NCBI GenBank assembly: GCA_038087875.1
Contig: CM075989.1
Span: 5,580,001 to 5,644,000 of the forward strand
DNA length: 64,000 bases
Direction of reading: 5' to 3'
Origin: Malacoraja senta
Lineage: Eukaryota
Shown here: in pieces, positions 59,935 to 64,000 of the stretch
How positions within the stretch are numbered: position 1 is the stretch's first letter
Layout of the letters: each line of letters starts with the position of its first letter
Position numbers and translations under genes: made by a program
The notes under the pieces: model-generated
What the model was told of the DNA's origin: nothing
Database searches by the model: none
Seen by the model: the letters and a program-made list of their open reading frames with translations, nothing else

Positions 59935-60505
59935 GTGCAGGTACAGAGTGCAGGTGTGTTGGTGAGACCACACTTGGAGTACTGTGTGCAGTTCTGCTCA
60001 CACAGCTATAGGAAGTTTGTCATTAAGTTGGAAATGTTGCGATGCAGATTCACCAGGATGTTACCTGGCTTGAGTTGGGGAGGTTGGATAAACTGAGACT
60101 TTTCTCTTTGAAACGTAGGGACTGAAAGTGACCCTGTTGAGGTGAAGAAGGTCATGAGGGGCATGGATAAAGTGAACAGTGGCAGCCTTTCTCCCAGGGG
60201 AGGGGATTCCAATGCCAGTAGGCATAGGCTTAACGTGAGAGGGGAGAGATTTAAGAGGGAGCTCTGGGGCAACCTTTTTCCTCAGAGGGTAATCTGTATG
60301 TGGAATGAGCCAACAGAAGAAGCTATAGAAGCAGATACGATTATGACTTTAAAAATATATTGGGCATATATATGTATAAGAAGGGGTTTAGATAGATATG
60401 GATGAATTGCAGGCAAATTCGACTAACCCAGTATACCAACTTGGTTTGCATGGACAAGGTGGGACAAATGGCCTGTTTCCGTGCTGTACAGCTCTTAGAC
60501 TTATG
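59935..60505 (+). mobile_element. Older CR1 3' fragment
   Basis: LVRPHLEYCVQF...RGMDKVN...QRVICMWNE. Confidence 0.8.
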
Positions 60506-60692
60506 ACAAGGGAAAAGATAGAAGGACATGCTTAATGATGTGAACAATGCAACATTTCCGCAATCCCTGGCTCACGACTGTTAAAAGTGGAGAAGGGACA
60601 TTCGGGAAGATGTTACATCCATTCCCCAGTTGCGCACAGAGACCTTGCTTGAGATGTTGCCTCACTCATTGAATATTTCTCAGTAAGAATCA

Positions 60693-61012
60693 GGGTGGCA
60701 CGGTGGTGCAGCGGTAGGGTTGCTGCCTTTCCGGCGCTTTCAGCGTCGGAGACCCGGGTTCGATCCCGACTACGGGCGCTGTCTGCACGGAGTTTGTACG
60801 TTCTCCCTCAGTTGTTTTTTTTCGAGATCTTCGGTTTCCTCCCACACTCCAGACATACAGGTTTGTAGGTTAATTGGCTTGGTGAATGTAAAAATTGTCC
60901 CTAGTGTGTGTAGGGTAGTGTTAATGTGCGGGGATTGCTGGTCGGCACGGACCCGGTGGGCCGAAGGGCCTTTCCGCACTGTATCTCTATACTAAAGTAA
61001 ACTAAACTAAAC
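60693..61012 (+). mobile_element. V-SINE
   Basis: A/B boxes, V-domain, tail. Confidence 0.88.
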
Positions 61013-62077
61013 CTGAAGAGCATAGAGTGACAATCTACACCGACCAAAGCAGGGATTTTCACATCATTGATAAAATTGATTGATTGATACCGAATTGTCA
61101 CGTGCACTTGGTACAGTAAAATTCTTTGTTTTGAATGCAGTACACAAGTATGCAAAGAGTGGCCATGTAACGGGCGCCAACAAACGTACACAAGTATTCA
61201 AGGTAGTCCCTCTTCATTCTCTCCCTCCCCCCCTCCCCGTCCATCTTTGTTCTTGGCACCGCACCCCACCCGCACCCCCACCCCCCCACACAGGGTCCCT
61301 CATAGTTCTCTCGGCGGCAGGTCCTTGACTGACATATTCTCACTGTATTCTGAACGCTAACTTAATAAACCGATCAGCAATGAATTCTCACAGGAGAATG
61401 TGGTTTAATAAAGCCGTTAAGCTTTTCTCTTCCCATGTATTGAAAGCGGATAAAGTATTGTATCAGTGGCTGGGTTTTGTGGATCAGGATATGTTTATGT
61501 GACATTTCAATACACTGTGACAACATCAAATGGCAGATGCAGAAGCCAAAAATAGAACTTGTATTTTTTAAATCTCACGCTTCACACCCGACGCAAATTC
61601 ATCCAGATTTTGACAACGTTTTAAATCTTGTTCATTCTTTTATTTTTGTTGAATTCTTTGCTCCGCAGTATTTTACTGAAGAAGGGTCTCGAACCGAAAT
61701 GTCCGCTGTCCCTTCTGTACAGAGATGCTGTCTGACCCGCTGAGTTACTCCAGCAATTTTTTGTCTAACTTTGAATTAAACCAGCATCTGCAATTCACTC
61801 CTACATATTTTACCAAATGGATGTTAGGTGCCTCAACTACAATTTTTATTGATTGCAAAACCTCTCATTCTATTTAATCAAGACCAGCATGATATACAAA
61901 CGGAAAATGATGGAAAACACTCAGCAGTTCAGGCAGTAAAAATGGAACGAGTTAAAGAGACTTTGTCATAACACAGATGGAGAGAAATCACGTTAGCATA
62001 AGTTGCAGAGAAGGTGAGGGAGGGATGAATACGATAAAAACTGATATTTCTGTTAGAGTGAGGCCAAATATATGTAT

Positions 62078-62240
62078 TTAAGAAGGAACTGCAGATGCTG
62101 GAAAATCGAAGGTAGACAAAAGTGCCTGGAGAAACTCAGCGGGTGCAGTCTGAAGAAGAGTATCGGCCCGAAACGTTGCCTATTTCCTTCGCTCCATTGA
62201 TGCTGCTGCACCCGCTGAGTTTCTCCAGCACTTTTTACTA
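62078..62240. mobile_element. Fold-back Penelope-type element retaining the hammerhead core
   Basis: 14-bp TSD CCAAATATATGTAT (62064-62077, 62241-62254); motif AGU-CUGAAGA-A-GAGUAUCGGCCC-GAAAC-GUU at 62147-62180. Confidence 0.85.
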
Positions 62241-62259
62241 CCAAATATATGTATACTGT

Positions 62260-62620
62260 AGAGTAACTCAGCGGGACAGGCAGCATCTCTGGAGAGAAGG
62301 AATGGGTGACGTTTCAGGTCAAGACCCTTCTTCAGACTGAAGTCAGGGGAGTGGGTGGTACACAAATAAGGAAGTGTATAGATAATGAAGTGTAAGGTGT
62401 GAAAACAGGACAAAGGGAATGGAGATCAATGAACATGTGGAATAGATCATTGTTAGTTGGGGGAAGGTAACAACAAAGCAAACAGAGATAAAATGTAGTC
62501 GGAAAACCGGGAAAGGGGAGGGGATGGAGAGAGAGGGAAAGCAATGGCTACTTGAAGTTAGAGAAGTCAATGTTCATACCGCTGGGGTCCAAGCAAAATA
62601 TGAAGTGCTGTTGCTCCAAT
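62260..62620 (-). mobile_element. Penelope-like 3' end
   Basis: Colinear with 3500-3613 and 4141-4280 (terminal repeat plus end of GIY-YIG). Confidence 0.75.
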
Positions 62621-62689
62621 ATGTTGGCATGGACATAATGGGCCAAAGGGCCTGTTTCTGTGCAGGACAACTCCATGGTTGTTCCTTTA

Positions 62690-63000
62690 GACTTTATACT
62701 TTAGAGATACAGTGCGGAAATAGGCCCTTCGACCCACCTTGTCCGCATCGACCAGCGATCACCCCGTACACTAGCACAATCCTACACACTCGTGACAATT
62801 TACAATTGTACCAAAGACAATTAACCTACAAACCTGCACGTCTTTGGAGTGTGGGAGGAAACCGGAGCACCCGGTGAAAACCCACACAGTCACAGGGAGA
62901 ACGTACAAACTCTGTACAGACAGCACCCGTAGTCAGAATCGAACTCGGGTCTATGGCGCTGTGAGGCAGCAACTCTACCGCTGCGCCACCGTGCTGCCCC
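62690..63000 (-). mobile_element. V-SINE, full length
   Basis: Tail, V-domain, head. Confidence 0.88.
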
Positions 63001-63109
63001 CTTACTATAAACCTTCTTTTCCTCTTCAACTCCAGCTAGATCTTCCTTTTTCAACTCCTCGTCCCTCAGTCCAACACATTTCAATTGGAGAGAGGAGTCT
63101 GTTTACGTT

Positions 63110-63235
63110 CGATGCTTAAGATATCCCGAAGCACTTCACAATCAATAAAATAGTTTTTTAAATGTTATCACTATTGTATTGCAGGAAAGGCAACAGATAG
63201 ATTCTGCACAGCAAGTTTTTCAGACAATAATGTCT
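63110..63235 (-). mobile_element. Ancient DeuSINE-like (SacSINE1/AmnSINE1-type) remnant
   Basis: CCCGAAGCACTTCACA...TCACTATTGTATTGCAGGAAA...TGCACAGCAAG resembles the Deu domain from memory; a weaker copy at ~59715-59855. Confidence 0.45.
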
Positions 63236-63826
63236 AGATATTTATAGGAACGCAAGTGACTGCAGAGAGTGGTGGAGTCAGCCCAGTCCATAGTCGAGCA
63301 GCGGTAGAGTTGCTGCCTCACAGCGCCAGAGACACGGGTTCGATCCTCACTACGAAACCAAGATGGTGGCATCAATCATCAATGATCCGCACCATTTTGG
63401 CCATGCCCTTTACTCACTGCTGCCATCAGGCAGGAGGTACAGAAGCCTGAAGTCCCACACCACCAGATTCAGGAACAGCTACTCCCCCCCCCCCCCACGC
63501 CACGGGTACCATGCAACCCCGTGCTACCTGCTCCATGGTCGGATAGTCGGCGACTAAACCGTCTCCCCCAGCTGGTTTGCCAGGTGAGGAGGGGGCTGTG
63601 GACCCCCAGCAGGACCAAAGACAAGACCCGTCAAAGGGCGGATGAGCTCCTAGCGAGCCAACGGCCGTCCACACTTCAGTAGAAGTTGCGATCACTGTCG
63701 TACACGGCATTGTAAGGCACCACCGTGCCCGTTGATGTTTTCAACAATGATGATGATGATGATGATGATGACACTTTCCTACTACCTACGAGGTTCTTAA
63801 ACTGACCTACACAACCCTAACCCTGG

Positions 63827-64000
63827 ATACACAAAAATGCTGGAGAAACTCAGCGGGTGCAGCGGCATCTATGGAGCGAAGGAGATAGGCAACGTTTCGG
63901 GCCGAAACATTGCCTATCTCCTTCGCTCCATAGATGCTGCTGCACCCGCTGAGTTTCTCCAGCATTTTTGTGTACCTTCGATTTTCCAGCATTTGCAGTT
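63827..64000. mobile_element. Fold-back Penelope-type element (cut by window end)
   Basis: Near-perfect hairpin of ~72-bp arms centred on CGTTTCGGGCCGAAAC; same subfamily as 17362. Confidence 0.85.

Noticed and set aside
63814..63824. Telomere-like AACCCTAACCC next to a Penelope-type element
   Set aside because: Under two units; too short to support telomeric targeting.

Overview
Vertebrate, repeat-saturated non-coding DNA, most likely from a cartilaginous fish (skate/ray-like; inferred from V-SINE/HE1-type SINEs with CR1-type tails and elasmobranch-type Penelope terminal repeats). It contains two 200-N scaffold gaps. I recognise no host protein-coding, tRNA or rRNA gene; all interpretable ORFs are retroelement fragments or low-complexity artefacts. 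The window holds roughly 25 tRNA-headed V-SINEs, many 5'-truncated LINEs (CR1, Rex1/Babar, L1, Tx1, L2, Ingi/Vingi-like), a decayed Gypsy LTR element, Penelope GIY-YIG remnants, seven PIF/Harbinger-like MITEs with TWA flanks, two hAT elements, a Helitron-like end and several mini/microsatellites. The most interesting signal is a family of short Penelope-derived elements carrying a minimal hammerhead-ribozyme motif (CUGAAGA-stem II-GAAAC-GUC). They occur as fold-back insertions with 10-17 bp target-site duplications and as a ~200-bp tandem array. Other oddities: MITEs with discordant TAA/TTA flanks, a perfect 89-bp inverted repeat inside a composite hAT, a 45-bp CATAG...CTATG palindromic insertion, and one plausible 72-nt host exon. 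Family assignments are from motif recognition by eye, not database searches; boundaries without a TSD are approximate.
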